A stretch of 64,000 bases of DNA from an uncultured Actinomycetota bacterium (lineage in GTDB: Bacteria > Actinomycetota > Aquicultoria > SKW223 > CALKMS01), in assembly GCA_964426525.1 (NCBI GenBank), contig CAYRQL010000004.1:4720-68719 (forward strand), read 5' to 3'. The translations under genes and the position numbers were made by a program. Positions 29,070 through 37,920 of this stretch are shown one piece after another; position 1 is the stretch's first letter; every line of letters begins with the position of its first letter. The notes under the pieces were generated by a model that made no database searches, was not told the DNA's origin, and worked only from the letters and a program-made list of their open reading frames with translations.

Positions 29070-29534
29070 ATGAATAGGGAAATTGAAGAGAAAGTGGAAA
29101 AAATTATTGAGCCTTATATTAAGGAAATGGGGGTGGAACTTTACGGAGTGAAGTTCTTTTCCACTCAGGCTGGTCGAGTTTTACGGGTATATATTGACCG
29201 CCAGGGTGGAGTTGACCTTGAAGCTTGTGAAAAGGTTAGCTTGAGAGTAAGTCCTCTTCTTGACCTTGAAGATCCCATACCTTACTCTTACTACCTTGAG
29301 GTTTCTTCTCCTGGCATTGAAAGACCTCTCTTTAAGAGAGAACATTTTTATCGCTACCAAGGGAAAAGAATTTTCTTAAAAACATTTGAGCCAATTGAAG
29401 ATCGGCGCAGTTTCGCAGGAGAGATTAAAGAGGCTCAGCCCGGTTTTTTTGTTATTAACTGTAACGAAAAAGAATACAAAATTGAATATAAGAATGTTCA
29501 AAAAGCAAACCTGGTTGTCGAGATAAAATTTTAG
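29070..29534 (+). CDS. rimP: ribosome maturation factor RimP
   Basis: 'VELYGVKF...RVLRVYIDRQGGVDLEACEKVS...YLEVSSPGIERPL'. The start could be ATG 29070 or TTG 29052. Confidence 0.8.
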   Translation: MNREIEEKVEKIIEPYIKEMGVELYGVKFFSTQAGRVLRVYIDRQGGVDLEACEKVSLRVSPLLDLEDPIPYSYYLEVSSPGIERPLFKREHFYRYQGKRIFLKTFEPIEDRRSFAGEIKEAQPGFFVINCNEKEYKIEYKNVQKANLVVEIKF

Positions 29535-29542
29535 GAGGAAAA

Positions 29543-30706
29543 ATGAGTAAAGAGCTTATTGAAGCTATTAAACAGTTAGAAGTGGAAAGAGGGCTTAACT
29601 ACGCTACGGTTATTGAGGCTCTTAAAAGTGCTCTTCTTTCTGCTTATCGGAAATATTTTAAAGATGAAGAAGCTAATGTGAGAATTGATATTGATGAAGA
29701 GAGCGGCGATATAAAGGTAATTGCTGGTCGGGAAAAAGTCGTGGAAGGGAAAAAAGAAATAGTTGAAGAAGAGGTAACTCCGAAGGATTTTGGTCGGATA
29801 GCAGCTCAGACAGCTAAACAGGTGGTTCTTCAAAAAATTAGAGAGGCAGAAAGAGAAAAACTTTTCCAGGAATTTGTTGGCAAAGAAGGAGAGTTAGTGA
29901 CTGGTATTGTTCAGCAAAGCGATTATCGTTTTACCCTTTTAGATTTAGGAAATACTGAGGCTTTGCTTCCTCCTTCAGAACAAGTTTCTAGTGAGCGTTA
30001 TAAACACGGGATGAGGCTTAAAGCCTATATTGTTGAGGTAAGAAAATCGACAAAGGAACCTCAGGTTATCGTTTCCCGTACCCATCCTGGTTTAGTTAAG
30101 CGGCTTTTTGAGCTGGAAGTACCAGAGATCCAACAAGGTATTGTGGAAATAAGAGTGGTGGCTCGGGAACCTGGCTATCGAACAAAAATTGCTGTTTACT
30201 CAAGAGATAAAAATGTTGACCCGGTTGGTGCTTGTGTCGGCCCTAAGGGCAGCCGGGTAAAAATGGTAGTTCATGAATTAAAAGGGGAGAAAATTGATGT
30301 TATACCCTGGAATGAAAACCCAGCTCAGTTGATTGCTAATGCTTTAAGTCCTGCAAAAGTTAGCAAGGTAAGGATAAATGAAGCGGAGAAAACCGCTTTA
30401 GTTATTGTTCCCGATGATCAACTCTCTTTAGCTATCGGTAAAGAGGGGCAAAACGCCCGTTTGGCAGCTAAGCTTACTGGTTGGAAGGTGGATATAAAGA
30501 GCGAGTCCCAGCTGGCAGAAGAAGAAAAAGAGGAAAAGATAGGAAAGAAGGAGAAGCAAAGCCAGACCGAAAAGAAAACGTCAACTGATGAAAAAATTGC
30601 GATTTGCCAAGCTCTAACTGCTAAGGGAACTACCTGCAAAAATAAAGCGGTCATGGGAAGTAATTTTTGTAAGCGGCATCAGGGTTACGCTGACGAAAAA
30701 AATTAA
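29543..30706 (+). CDS. nusA: transcription termination/antitermination factor NusA with a Cys-rich C-terminal tail
   Basis: N-terminal domain, S1 and KH ('GACVGPKGSRVK') domains. The tail is 'CQALTAKGTTCKNKAVMGSNFCKRH'. Confidence 0.9.
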   Translation: MSKELIEAIKQLEVERGLNYATVIEALKSALLSAYRKYFKDEEANVRIDIDEESGDIKVIAGREKVVEGKKEIVEEEVTPKDFGRIAAQTAKQVVLQKIREAEREKLFQEFVGKEGELVTGIVQQSDYRFTLLDLGNTEALLPPSEQVSSERYKHGMRLKAYIVEVRKSTKEPQVIVSRTHPGLVKRLFELEVPEIQQGIVEIRVVAREPGYRTKIAVYSRDKNVDPVGACVGPKGSRVKMVVHELKGEKIDVIPWNENPAQLIANALSPAKVSKVRINEAEKTALVIVPDDQLSLAIGKEGQNARLAAKLTGWKVDIKSESQLAEEEKEEKIGKKEKQSQTEKKTSTDEKIAICQALTAKGTTCKNKAVMGSNFCKRHQGYADEKN

Positions 30707-30707
30707 A

Positions 30708-30998
30708 ATGAAGAGCGCACCAGTTCGGTTTTGCCTTGGCTGTGGTCGTCGCAAACCAAAGAGAGAGCTGGTAAGGTTGGTAAAGTTAAAAGAAGGGAAA
30801 GTCGAGATTGATTTGACAGGCAAACTGGCTGGAAGAGGGGGATATTTCTGCCCCAACTCTGATTGTTTAAAGAAAGGAAGAAAGCGATTAAGCAAAGCTC
30901 TAAGGGTGAATGAGGAAAACCTGAGTTGGGAAGAGATAAAAATAAAATTTGAGAAAGTGGTAAAAGAGGAGATTAATGGGGAAAAAGCGCCTTTTTGA
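30708..30998 (+). CDS. ylxR: YlxR/RnpM-family RNA-binding protein (DUF448)
   Basis: 'RFCLGCGRRKPKRELVRLV...GRGGYFCPNSDCLKK'. Confidence 0.75.
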   Translation: MKSAPVRFCLGCGRRKPKRELVRLVKLKEGKVEIDLTGKLAGRGGYFCPNSDCLKKGRKRLSKALRVNEENLSWEEIKIKFEKVVKEEINGEKAPF

Positions 30999-32943
30999 GC
31001 TGGCTAAAGAACTGAATATAAAAGCTAAGGATTTGCAAGAAATCCTGGCTTCTAAAGGGATTAAGGTAAAGTCTCATATGGCTCAAGTGGAAGAAGAAGA
31101 AGTCAGGAAGGCTTTAAGCCAGGAAAAGAGCGAAACCTCTATTGAATCTGTAGAAACAAAAGACCTGGCTGAAGAGAAACAATCTTCCAAAAGTCTATCT
31201 CCTTCACCAATAATAAAAATACCTGAGGGAGTGACTGTAAGGGAGTTTGCCGAAAAAGCTAAAAAGTCGCCAACAGAGATTTTAAAAATATTGATGGAAT
31301 TAGGTGAATTCTTGACTATTAATCAGTCGATGAGTAGAGAAGCAACAGAGTTGGTTGCTGAACATCTTGGGTTAGAAGTTGAGTTTGTCTCTCCTCTTGA
31401 TGAAATTCCTTTTGAGACTGAAGAGGAGCTCGAAGTTGAACAGGTTTCACGCCCTCCCGTGGTAACAATTATGGGTCATGTTGACCATGGAAAAACGACT
31501 TTACTTGATGCTATCAGGCAAACTGATGTTGCTCTCAGGGAGTTTGGGGGAATAACTCAGCACATTGGAGCTTATCAGATTGACCATAATGGTAAAAAGA
31601 TTACTTTTATTGATACACCTGGTCACGAAGCTTTTACGGCTATGCGAGCTCGGGGGGCAAAAGTTACGGATATTGCTGTACTGGTTGTGGCTGCTGATGA
31701 CGGGGTCATGCCCCAGACTATAGAGGCCATAAACCATGCTAAAGCTGCTGGTGTACCAATTTTAGTGGCTGTAAATAAGATAGATAAAGAGGGAGCAAAT
31801 CCTGATAAGGTGAAACAGCAATTAACTGAGTATGGACTGGTGGCCGAAGAGTGGGGTGGCGACACTATTTTTGTACCGGTTTCCGCTAAACAAAAAACTA
31901 ACCTTGATGAGCTTCTGGAAATGATTTTACTTCTAGCTGAAGTTCAGGAACTAAAATCAAGGATCACTGGTCCAGCTAGAGCAGTGGTGATTGAGTCAAA
32001 ACTTGACCGAGGCAGAGGACCGGTGGCAACAGTCTTGGTTGAGAAAGGAATTTTGAAAGTTGGGGATATAGTGGTTGCTGGATTAGCTTATGGAAAAATA
32101 AGAGCTTTGTTTGACGATAAAGGTCGATCGGTTGAAAAAGCTTACCCTGCTCAGCCAGTCGAAGTTCTCGGTCTGTCAGCAGTTCCTGAGTCGGGAGTGG
32201 AAATGATAGTGTTAGATGAAGAAAAGAAAGCAAGACAGATAGCCGAGGAAAGAGCCCTAAAAGCCAGGATATTAGCTGCTCAAAAAGGACATGTTAGCCT
32301 GGAAGATCTTTTTGCTCGTCAGAAGGAAGAAGAAGTAGTTTTGAATTTAATTGTTAAAGCCGATACTCATGGTTCGCTTGAGGCAGTTAAGGAAGCTTTG
32401 GAAAAAATTAGAACAGATGGAGCAAGGATAAAAATTCTTCATACAGGAGTTGGTGGCATAACTGAAGCTGATGTTATGCTGGCAAGCGCTTCGGACGCAG
32501 TCATAGTTGGTTTTAATGTTAGGCCAGATGGGAAAACTCGAAATCTTGCTCAAAGTGAAAAAATAGAAATACGGACTTATCGGGTTATTTATGAATTGAC
32601 TCAAGAAATTGAGGCAGCTTTAAGAGGTAAGCTTAAGCCGGAGTTTGTTGAGGAGACAGTAGGTTTAGCTACAGTGAGAGCTACTTTTAAAATTTCTCGG
32701 GTGGGGGTTGTTGCCGGTTGCTATGTTACTGAAGGTAGAGTCTCTAAAGATTCAAAAGTTCGCCTTTTGAGAGAAGGTTCCATTGTTTACGAGGGAGAAA
32801 TCAGTTCATTGAAGCGTTTCAAGGAAGATGTAAATGAAGTAAAGGCTGGTTTTGAATGTGGTATCTTGTTGGACGGCTTTAATGATGTTAAAGTCGGAGA
32901 TTTAATCGAATCTTATCAGATAGTCGAGAAAAAGCCGGTTTAA
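30976..32943 (+). CDS. infB: translation initiation factor IF-2
   Basis: G-domain 'GHVDHGKTTLLD', 'DTPGHEAF', 'NKIDK'. Confidence 0.9.
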   Translation: MGKKRLFELAKELNIKAKDLQEILASKGIKVKSHMAQVEEEEVRKALSQEKSETSIESVETKDLAEEKQSSKSLSPSPIIKIPEGVTVREFAEKAKKSPTEILKILMELGEFLTINQSMSREATELVAEHLGLEVEFVSPLDEIPFETEEELEVEQVSRPPVVTIMGHVDHGKTTLLDAIRQTDVALREFGGITQHIGAYQIDHNGKKITFIDTPGHEAFTAMRARGAKVTDIAVLVVAADDGVMPQTIEAINHAKAAGVPILVAVNKIDKEGANPDKVKQQLTEYGLVAEEWGGDTIFVPVSAKQKTNLDELLEMILLLAEVQELKSRITGPARAVVIESKLDRGRGPVATVLVEKGILKVGDIVVAGLAYGKIRALFDDKGRSVEKAYPAQPVEVLGLSAVPESGVEMIVLDEEKKARQIAEERALKARILAAQKGHVSLEDLFARQKEEEVVLNLIVKADTHGSLEAVKEALEKIRTDGARIKILHTGVGGITEADVMLASASDAVIVGFNVRPDGKTRNLAQSEKIEIRTYRVIYELTQEIEAALRGKLKPEFVEETVGLATVRATFKISRVGVVAGCYVTEGRVSKDSKVRLLREGSIVYEGEISSLKRFKEDVNEVKAGFECGILLDGFNDVKVGDLIESYQIVEKKPV

Positions 32944-32957
32944 AAAGAGGAGGAACA

Positions 32958-33332
32958 TTGTTGATTTTGCTTTCCTTCTGGCAAATGTACTTTTCCAATT
33001 GCCATTCTTTAAAAGATAGAAGAAGGCTTATAAGCAGTCTTACTGATCGTTTAAAGAAAAAGTTTTCAGTTTCTTGTCGGATAGAAACGGGTGCAGGAGA
33101 GAAGAAAAAGGGTGTGTTAGGGGTGACTTCGATAGTGTTGTCTAAATCGGAAGCCGATAGACTTATTCAGCAAATTGAAAAGGAAATCTTACTAACCCCT
33201 GAGATAGTTTTGGTTGGGGTTAGAAAATGTTTGTTGGGAAGTGAGGTAATCGAAAATGAGCTGGAAGATGGAGCGTTTGAGTCATATGATAAAGGAGGAG
33301 ATTGGCAGAATGATGGAAAGCGAACTGGCTGA
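32958..33332 (+). CDS. ylxP: DUF503 (YlxP-like) protein
   Basis: 'CHSLKDRRRLISSLTDRLKKKF'. It sits between infB and rbfA, the conserved position for YlxP. GGAGG lies 5 nt before TTG. Confidence 0.6.
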   Translation: MLILLSFWQMYFSNCHSLKDRRRLISSLTDRLKKKFSVSCRIETGAGEKKKGVLGVTSIVLSKSEADRLIQQIEKEILLTPEIVLVGVRKCLLGSEVIENELEDGAFESYDKGGDWQNDGKRTG

Positions 33333-33606
33333 TCCTCGTTTGGGATTTGTGACTGTTACTGGAGTTAAGCTAAGCGGGGATTTAAGGCAGGCAGTAGTTT
33401 ACTTTTCTGTTCTGGGAAATGAAGAATCCTGGCAAGAGTCTTTGCGGGCACTGGAAAGCGCCCGTGGATATCTAAAAACCGGTTTAGCGCGTAATTTAAA
33501 ATTGCGCTCAGTTCCGGAGTTGATATTTAAAGAAGATGACACTTTAGTAAAAGGGGCTCGAGTAATTGAGCTTATCGAAAAAGAAAGAAAAAAAAGAACT
33601 AAGTGA
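33256..33606 (+). CDS. rbfA: ribosome-binding factor A
   Basis: 'DPRLGFVTVTGVKLSGDLRQAVVYFSVLG' and 'VPELIFKED'. Confidence 0.8.
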   Translation: MSWKMERLSHMIKEEIGRMMESELADPRLGFVTVTGVKLSGDLRQAVVYFSVLGNEESWQESLRALESARGYLKTGLARNLKLRSVPELIFKEDDTLVKGARVIELIEKERKKRTK

Positions 33607-34540
33607 CATAAAGAAACTTTTTTTGGAAAAAAAACGCTTTTTTCTTTCAACCCACCTTTACCCTGATGGTGACGCTTTGGGTTCTTTAGTTGGGTTGGCG
33701 ATTGTTTTAAAAAATCAAGGCAAATTAGTAAAAATGGGTCTGGGTGAAAAAGAGCCACTACCTCCACATTATCTTTTTTTGCCTGAATTAGATGAGATTG
33801 TTTACCCTGATAGTCAGGTATTTGGAGAAGAAGTTTTTGTGGCTCTCGACTGTGCCTCAATGGCGAGACTCGGAGGTTGGGCAGAAAAAGCAAAAAAGGC
33901 AGAGCACCTAATTAATCTCGACCACCACATGAGCAATGAAAAGTTTGGTAGCTTAAATTTGGTTGAAGTGAAATCTTCTTCGACCAGCGAGTTAGTTTTC
34001 GGAATTTTAAAGGAATTGGGTTTTAAGTTAAATAAAAAAGCTGCCCTGGCTTTTTATGTTGGCATTTTAACAGACACTGGTCGATTTCAATATGCAAATA
34101 CTTCAGAAAGGACATTCGAAGTTGCTCGCGAGCTAATTGGTTACGGGCTGGATACATTTCAGATTTTTCAAAATGTTTACGAAAACTATTCTTTTGGCTG
34201 CTTGAAGCTTTTGGGTTTGATGCTTAAAAGAGCCCAGATGGAGGGGAGCCTGATTTTCTCATATCTCACCCAAAAAGACCTGGGGAAATTTAATGTTCGA
34301 TTGTCGGAGACAGAAAACTATATTGATTTTTTAAGGTTAAATCGCGATTCAAAACTGGTGGTCCTTTTCAAGGAGCTGCCTGATGGAAGATGGAAAGTTA
34401 GCTTGCGCAGCAAGAAAGGTGTTTATTCTCATCTCATTGCTTCACGATTTGGTGGGGGTGGGCATCCAGGAGCAGCTGGATTTACTGCCACTCTTTCCAA
34501 AAGAAAGGTTTTAGATTTAATAAAAGAGGATTTAATTTGA
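33566..34540 (+). CDS. nrnA: DHH/DHHA1 bifunctional oligoribonuclease / pAp phosphatase
   Basis: 'HLYPDGDALGS', 'DHH' and the 'GGGHPGAAG' DHHA1 motif. The start is uncertain because it overlaps the rbfA 3' end. Confidence 0.8.
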   Translation: MSLSKKKEKKELSDIKKLFLEKKRFFLSTHLYPDGDALGSLVGLAIVLKNQGKLVKMGLGEKEPLPPHYLFLPELDEIVYPDSQVFGEEVFVALDCASMARLGGWAEKAKKAEHLINLDHHMSNEKFGSLNLVEVKSSSTSELVFGILKELGFKLNKKAALAFYVGILTDTGRFQYANTSERTFEVARELIGYGLDTFQIFQNVYENYSFGCLKLLGLMLKRAQMEGSLIFSYLTQKDLGKFNVRLSETENYIDFLRLNRDSKLVVLFKELPDGRWKVSLRSKKGVYSHLIASRFGGGGHPGAAGFTATLSKRKVLDLIKEDLI

Positions 34541-34541
34541 T

Positions 34542-35468
34542 ATGGATGGCTTTTTGGTAGTCGACAAACCCCCTTTTATTACCTCCCACGATGTAGTCGA
34601 GCGAGTGAGAAGATTTTTTAAAGAGAAAAAAGTAGGCCATACTGGCACTCTTGATCCGATGGCAACTGGAGTTCTTGTTCTTTGCCTCGGGAAAGCAACC
34701 AGGCTTGGTCGATTTCTCCAGCTTGAGCCCAAAACCTACCTAGCAGAAGTAACTTTTGGCTTGGAAACAGATACCTTAGATTCTACAGGAAAAGTGATTA
34801 GCGAAAAGGAAGCAGACTTGGATAAAGAAAGAGTTAAGGAAGAACTAAGAAATTTTTTAGGCAAAGTAAGACAAATTCCCCCGATGACTTCAGCAATTAA
34901 GAAAAATGGCGTTCCTCTTTATGTTTTGGCCCGGAAAGGGCTGGAAGTTGAAAGGTCTCCAAGGGAAGTCTTTTTTTATCAGCTGGAACTTTTGAAGTAT
35001 GAAAAAGGATCAAGACCTAAAGCTACGATTAAAGTGGTAAGCTCTAAGGGAGCCTATATTCGGGTTTTAGCTGCTGATTTAGGTAAAGCTCTTGGAACAG
35101 GGGCTCATCTTTCTGGTTTAAGACGATTGAGTTGTGGCAGTTTTACTTTAGAGCAAGCCTTTATTTTAAAGGAGCTTAAGGTATTAAGAGACGAAGGAAA
35201 ATTAAATGAGACATTAATACCTTTAAGCGAGGGTTTAAGCCATTGCCCAAAAGTAATTTTAAAGAAAGCGCTTTCCTATAAAATAAAAAGAGGACAACCG
35301 CCAAATTTAGCAATGATTTCCAAAAAACCATTTAATTTAAAAAATGGTGTTTTGGTAAGATTAACTGAATTTTCGGGCGAGCTTTTGGCGGTTGCTCGCT
35401 GGCAGGGCGAGTCTATTTTTGACCTCCGCCAACCAGTCGCTAAATTAGAGGTGGTTTTGGCAGATTGA
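34542..35468 (+). CDS. truB: tRNA pseudouridine(55) synthase
   Basis: 'VGHTGTLDPMATGVLVLCLG' with a catalytic Asp, and a PUA-like C-terminus. Confidence 0.9.
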   Translation: MDGFLVVDKPPFITSHDVVERVRRFFKEKKVGHTGTLDPMATGVLVLCLGKATRLGRFLQLEPKTYLAEVTFGLETDTLDSTGKVISEKEADLDKERVKEELRNFLGKVRQIPPMTSAIKKNGVPLYVLARKGLEVERSPREVFFYQLELLKYEKGSRPKATIKVVSSKGAYIRVLAADLGKALGTGAHLSGLRRLSCGSFTLEQAFILKELKVLRDEGKLNETLIPLSEGLSHCPKVILKKALSYKIKRGQPPNLAMISKKPFNLKNGVLVRLTEFSGELLAVARWQGESIFDLRQPVAKLEVVLAD

Positions 35469-36379
35469 GAAAAGTTAAATTTATACTGGACGGCTTGCGC
35501 AAAGGAAGTGTTTTAGCCATTGGCGTTTTCGATGGCGTTCATTTAGGCCACCAGTTGCTTTTGCGTAAAGCCAGGGAGCTAGCTAGTAATCAAGGAACAA
35601 TTTTAGCAGTTTTAACTTTCTCTCCTCATCCCGAAGAGATTATAAAAGAAAAAAAAGGCTTTTTAATTTTGAGCGAGAAAGAACGGAAAAATAAACTTCT
35701 CGAATTTGGAGCTGATGTAGTGATAGTTCAAAAGATAGATGCCTCTTTTCTTTCTCTTGAACCAGTTGATTTTGCTGAAGAATTAGCTGCTTTTAATCCA
35801 GGCTGGGTAGTGATTGGCGAGGATTTTCATTTTGGTCGAGAAAGAAAAGGTGACTCCAATATAATGCTTGAATTGGGGGAAAAATATAGCTTTAAAGTAT
35901 GTTCGGTTCCTCTTTATAAAGTTGGTGACCTGAAAGTAAGTAGCAGTTTGATTCGCAAATCTTTGGCGAAGGGTGATTTTAAATTAGCAGAATCACTTCT
36001 GGGTTTTCCCTATTATCTGGTGAATAAGGTTGAGAAGAGAAAAGGCTTGGCTTCAAAAGTTTTGGGTTATCCTACGGCAAATCTTCTAGTTGATGAGAGA
36101 CTTTTTAGTTTACCAGCGGGTGTCTATCTTGGTCGAGCAATTGCTCAGGGCAAGGAGTGGAAAGCTTTAGTTTATAACGGCACTAGTCCCACTTTAAGGC
36201 TTAATCAGAAATCTTTGGAGGTTCATTTTTTGGATTTTAAAGGAGAAGTGCCAGTTGGGTCGGAAGTGAAAGTTGAGTTTTTTAAAAAGCTTCGAGGGGA
36301 GATTCATTTTCCTAGTCTTGAGGAGTTGAAAATTCAGGTCGAGAAAGACGTAGAAGAGGCGAGAAAATCGACTTTTTAA
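35465..36379 (+). CDS. ribF: bifunctional riboflavin kinase / FMN adenylyltransferase
   Basis: 'GVFDGVHLGHQ', 'GYPTANL', 'LEVHFLDF'. Confidence 0.9.
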   Translation: MRKVKFILDGLRKGSVLAIGVFDGVHLGHQLLLRKARELASNQGTILAVLTFSPHPEEIIKEKKGFLILSEKERKNKLLEFGADVVIVQKIDASFLSLEPVDFAEELAAFNPGWVVIGEDFHFGRERKGDSNIMLELGEKYSFKVCSVPLYKVGDLKVSSSLIRKSLAKGDFKLAESLLGFPYYLVNKVEKRKGLASKVLGYPTANLLVDERLFSLPAGVYLGRAIAQGKEWKALVYNGTSPTLRLNQKSLEVHFLDFKGEVPVGSEVKVEFFKKLRGEIHFPSLEELKIQVEKDVEEARKSTF

Positions 36380-36389
36380 AACAAAATTA

Positions 36390-36418
36390 TTGAGTTAGGT
36401 ATTATGGAAAGTTAGAAT
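36390..36418 (+). promoter_or_regulatory. promoter TTGAGT -17- TAGAAT
   Basis: Read directly. It is followed by GGAGG 8 nt before ATG 36440. Confidence 0.4.
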
Positions 36419-36439
36419 CTTTATAAGGAGGTTGAGGTA

Positions 36440-37186
36440 ATGAAAGAGAAAAAGAGTTCTTGGTGGAAGGAAAACTCAACTTTTGTCATTCCCGCATTTA
36501 TCTTATTTTTGCTTTTAGTTTACGCTATCATTTCTTCACAGCAGGGGGCAGTGGTTTTAGCTACGCCTTCTACTGCTGGGTGCGCCAAGGCTTTAATTTC
36601 TCAGGCAGAAAACATTGGTGGCGGAAAGAAATTTCGTCTGGAGATAGTAGATGAAGGAACTCTGGAGGCAATGAACAAGAAAAAAGCTGTTGCCTTAATT
36701 GCTCCTTTTTCACAGGAGCTTTTTTCTTCTGGCGCCATGCCAGTGGCCATAGATGCTCTGGTTGTTGTTTCTAATGAAGGACGAGGTCTAAACCAAGATG
36801 AAATTCCTGGCCTTGAGAAGGCAGGAAAGTTTTTTTATCCTACCAAAGACCTCTGGTCCTTTTTTAATTATCGAATAGCTCCAGTTTCCAAAAATCCCCG
36901 TATTTTTATTCCTGGGGGTACAATTGGTAAAGATGCTGTTACTTTAGCTCCCTGGTCTCAGATTCAAAAAACAAGTTTAAAAGTTGGTGCTTTTAATGGA
37001 ATGTTTCCGACAGAAAAAAACATTTCAGTTTTTCAGTATCCACTTTGGTACCAGGTCTTTTTATTCTTATCAGGTGATGAGGTAGCTAAAAAAGCTGGAG
37101 TCGATTTACTGTTAAAAGCAGCGAAACAAGGGAGTTATAAAAAATCCCTGCGTGAGTTGGGTTTTTACCCCTGGCCAGAAAAATAA
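36440..37186 (+). CDS. membrane-anchored periplasmic-binding-protein-like hypothetical
   Basis: An N-terminal TM segment followed by an alpha/beta domain ('VALIAPFSQELFSSGAMPVAIDALVVVSNEG') that resembles type-2 PBP folds. It has its own promoter. Confidence 0.4.
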   Translation: MKEKKSSWWKENSTFVIPAFILFLLLVYAIISSQQGAVVLATPSTAGCAKALISQAENIGGGKKFRLEIVDEGTLEAMNKKKAVALIAPFSQELFSSGAMPVAIDALVVVSNEGRGLNQDEIPGLEKAGKFFYPTKDLWSFFNYRIAPVSKNPRIFIPGGTIGKDAVTLAPWSQIQKTSLKVGAFNGMFPTEKNISVFQYPLWYQVFLFLSGDEVAKKAGVDLLLKAAKQGSYKKSLRELGFYPWPEK

Positions 37187-37213
37187 AAGTTGGGAAAATA
37201 AGCTGGGGAAAGC

Positions 37214-37861
37214 TTGGAAGTTAAGGATAGAGTGAAAGAAGTAATCGGGCGTTTGCTTGAAGTTTATCCCGAGGCAAAAATTGCTTTGAAATTTACTAAT
37301 CCCTTTGAGCTTCTGATTGCTACAATCCTTTCAGCTCAAACGACAGATAAAAAAGTAAATGAGGTTACTGCTTGCCTTTTTAAAAAATATCAAAAACCTG
37401 AGGACTATGCTCTGACTGACCTAAAAGATTTGGAAAGCGATATTAGGGAACTTGGTTTTTTTCGAAATAAGGCTCGAAATATTAAATCGGCTGCTGAAAT
37501 CATTTTGAAAGAGTTTAAAGGTGAAGTCCCTCGGACAATGGAGGAGTTAATTAGGTTGCCTGGTGTGGCTCGGAAGACTGCCAATATAGTTTTAGCCAAT
37601 GCTTACGGGGTGGTTGTTGGCATACCTGTTGATACTCATGTTTTTCGTTTGAGTCATCGCTTAGGTTTTTCTCAAGAAAAAGACCCAGTTAAAGTTGAAA
37701 GAGACTTAATGGCACTGGTTCCTAAAGAGTACTGGTTTAAGTTTCCTTATCTTTTAATCGAACATGGTCGAGCTATTTGTCAAGCCAAGAAGCCCGCTTG
37801 TAGTCAGTGTGTTTTAAGTAACCTTTGTCCTTCAGCTGGAAAACTTCCAAACTCAGTTTGA
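37214..37861 (+). CDS. nth: endonuclease III
   Basis: HhH-GPD 'LPGVARKTANIVL', catalytic K/D, and the 4Fe-4S 'CQAKKPACSQCVLSNLC'. Confidence 0.85.
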   Translation: MEVKDRVKEVIGRLLEVYPEAKIALKFTNPFELLIATILSAQTTDKKVNEVTACLFKKYQKPEDYALTDLKDLESDIRELGFFRNKARNIKSAAEIILKEFKGEVPRTMEELIRLPGVARKTANIVLANAYGVVVGIPVDTHVFRLSHRLGFSQEKDPVKVERDLMALVPKEYWFKFPYLLIEHGRAICQAKKPACSQCVLSNLCPSAGKLPNSV

Positions 37862-37920
37862 GTGCTATTTTCGTTTCGAAAGTTCTAACTTCTTTGTGTT
37901 AAACTTATGCTTTAAAGCCA

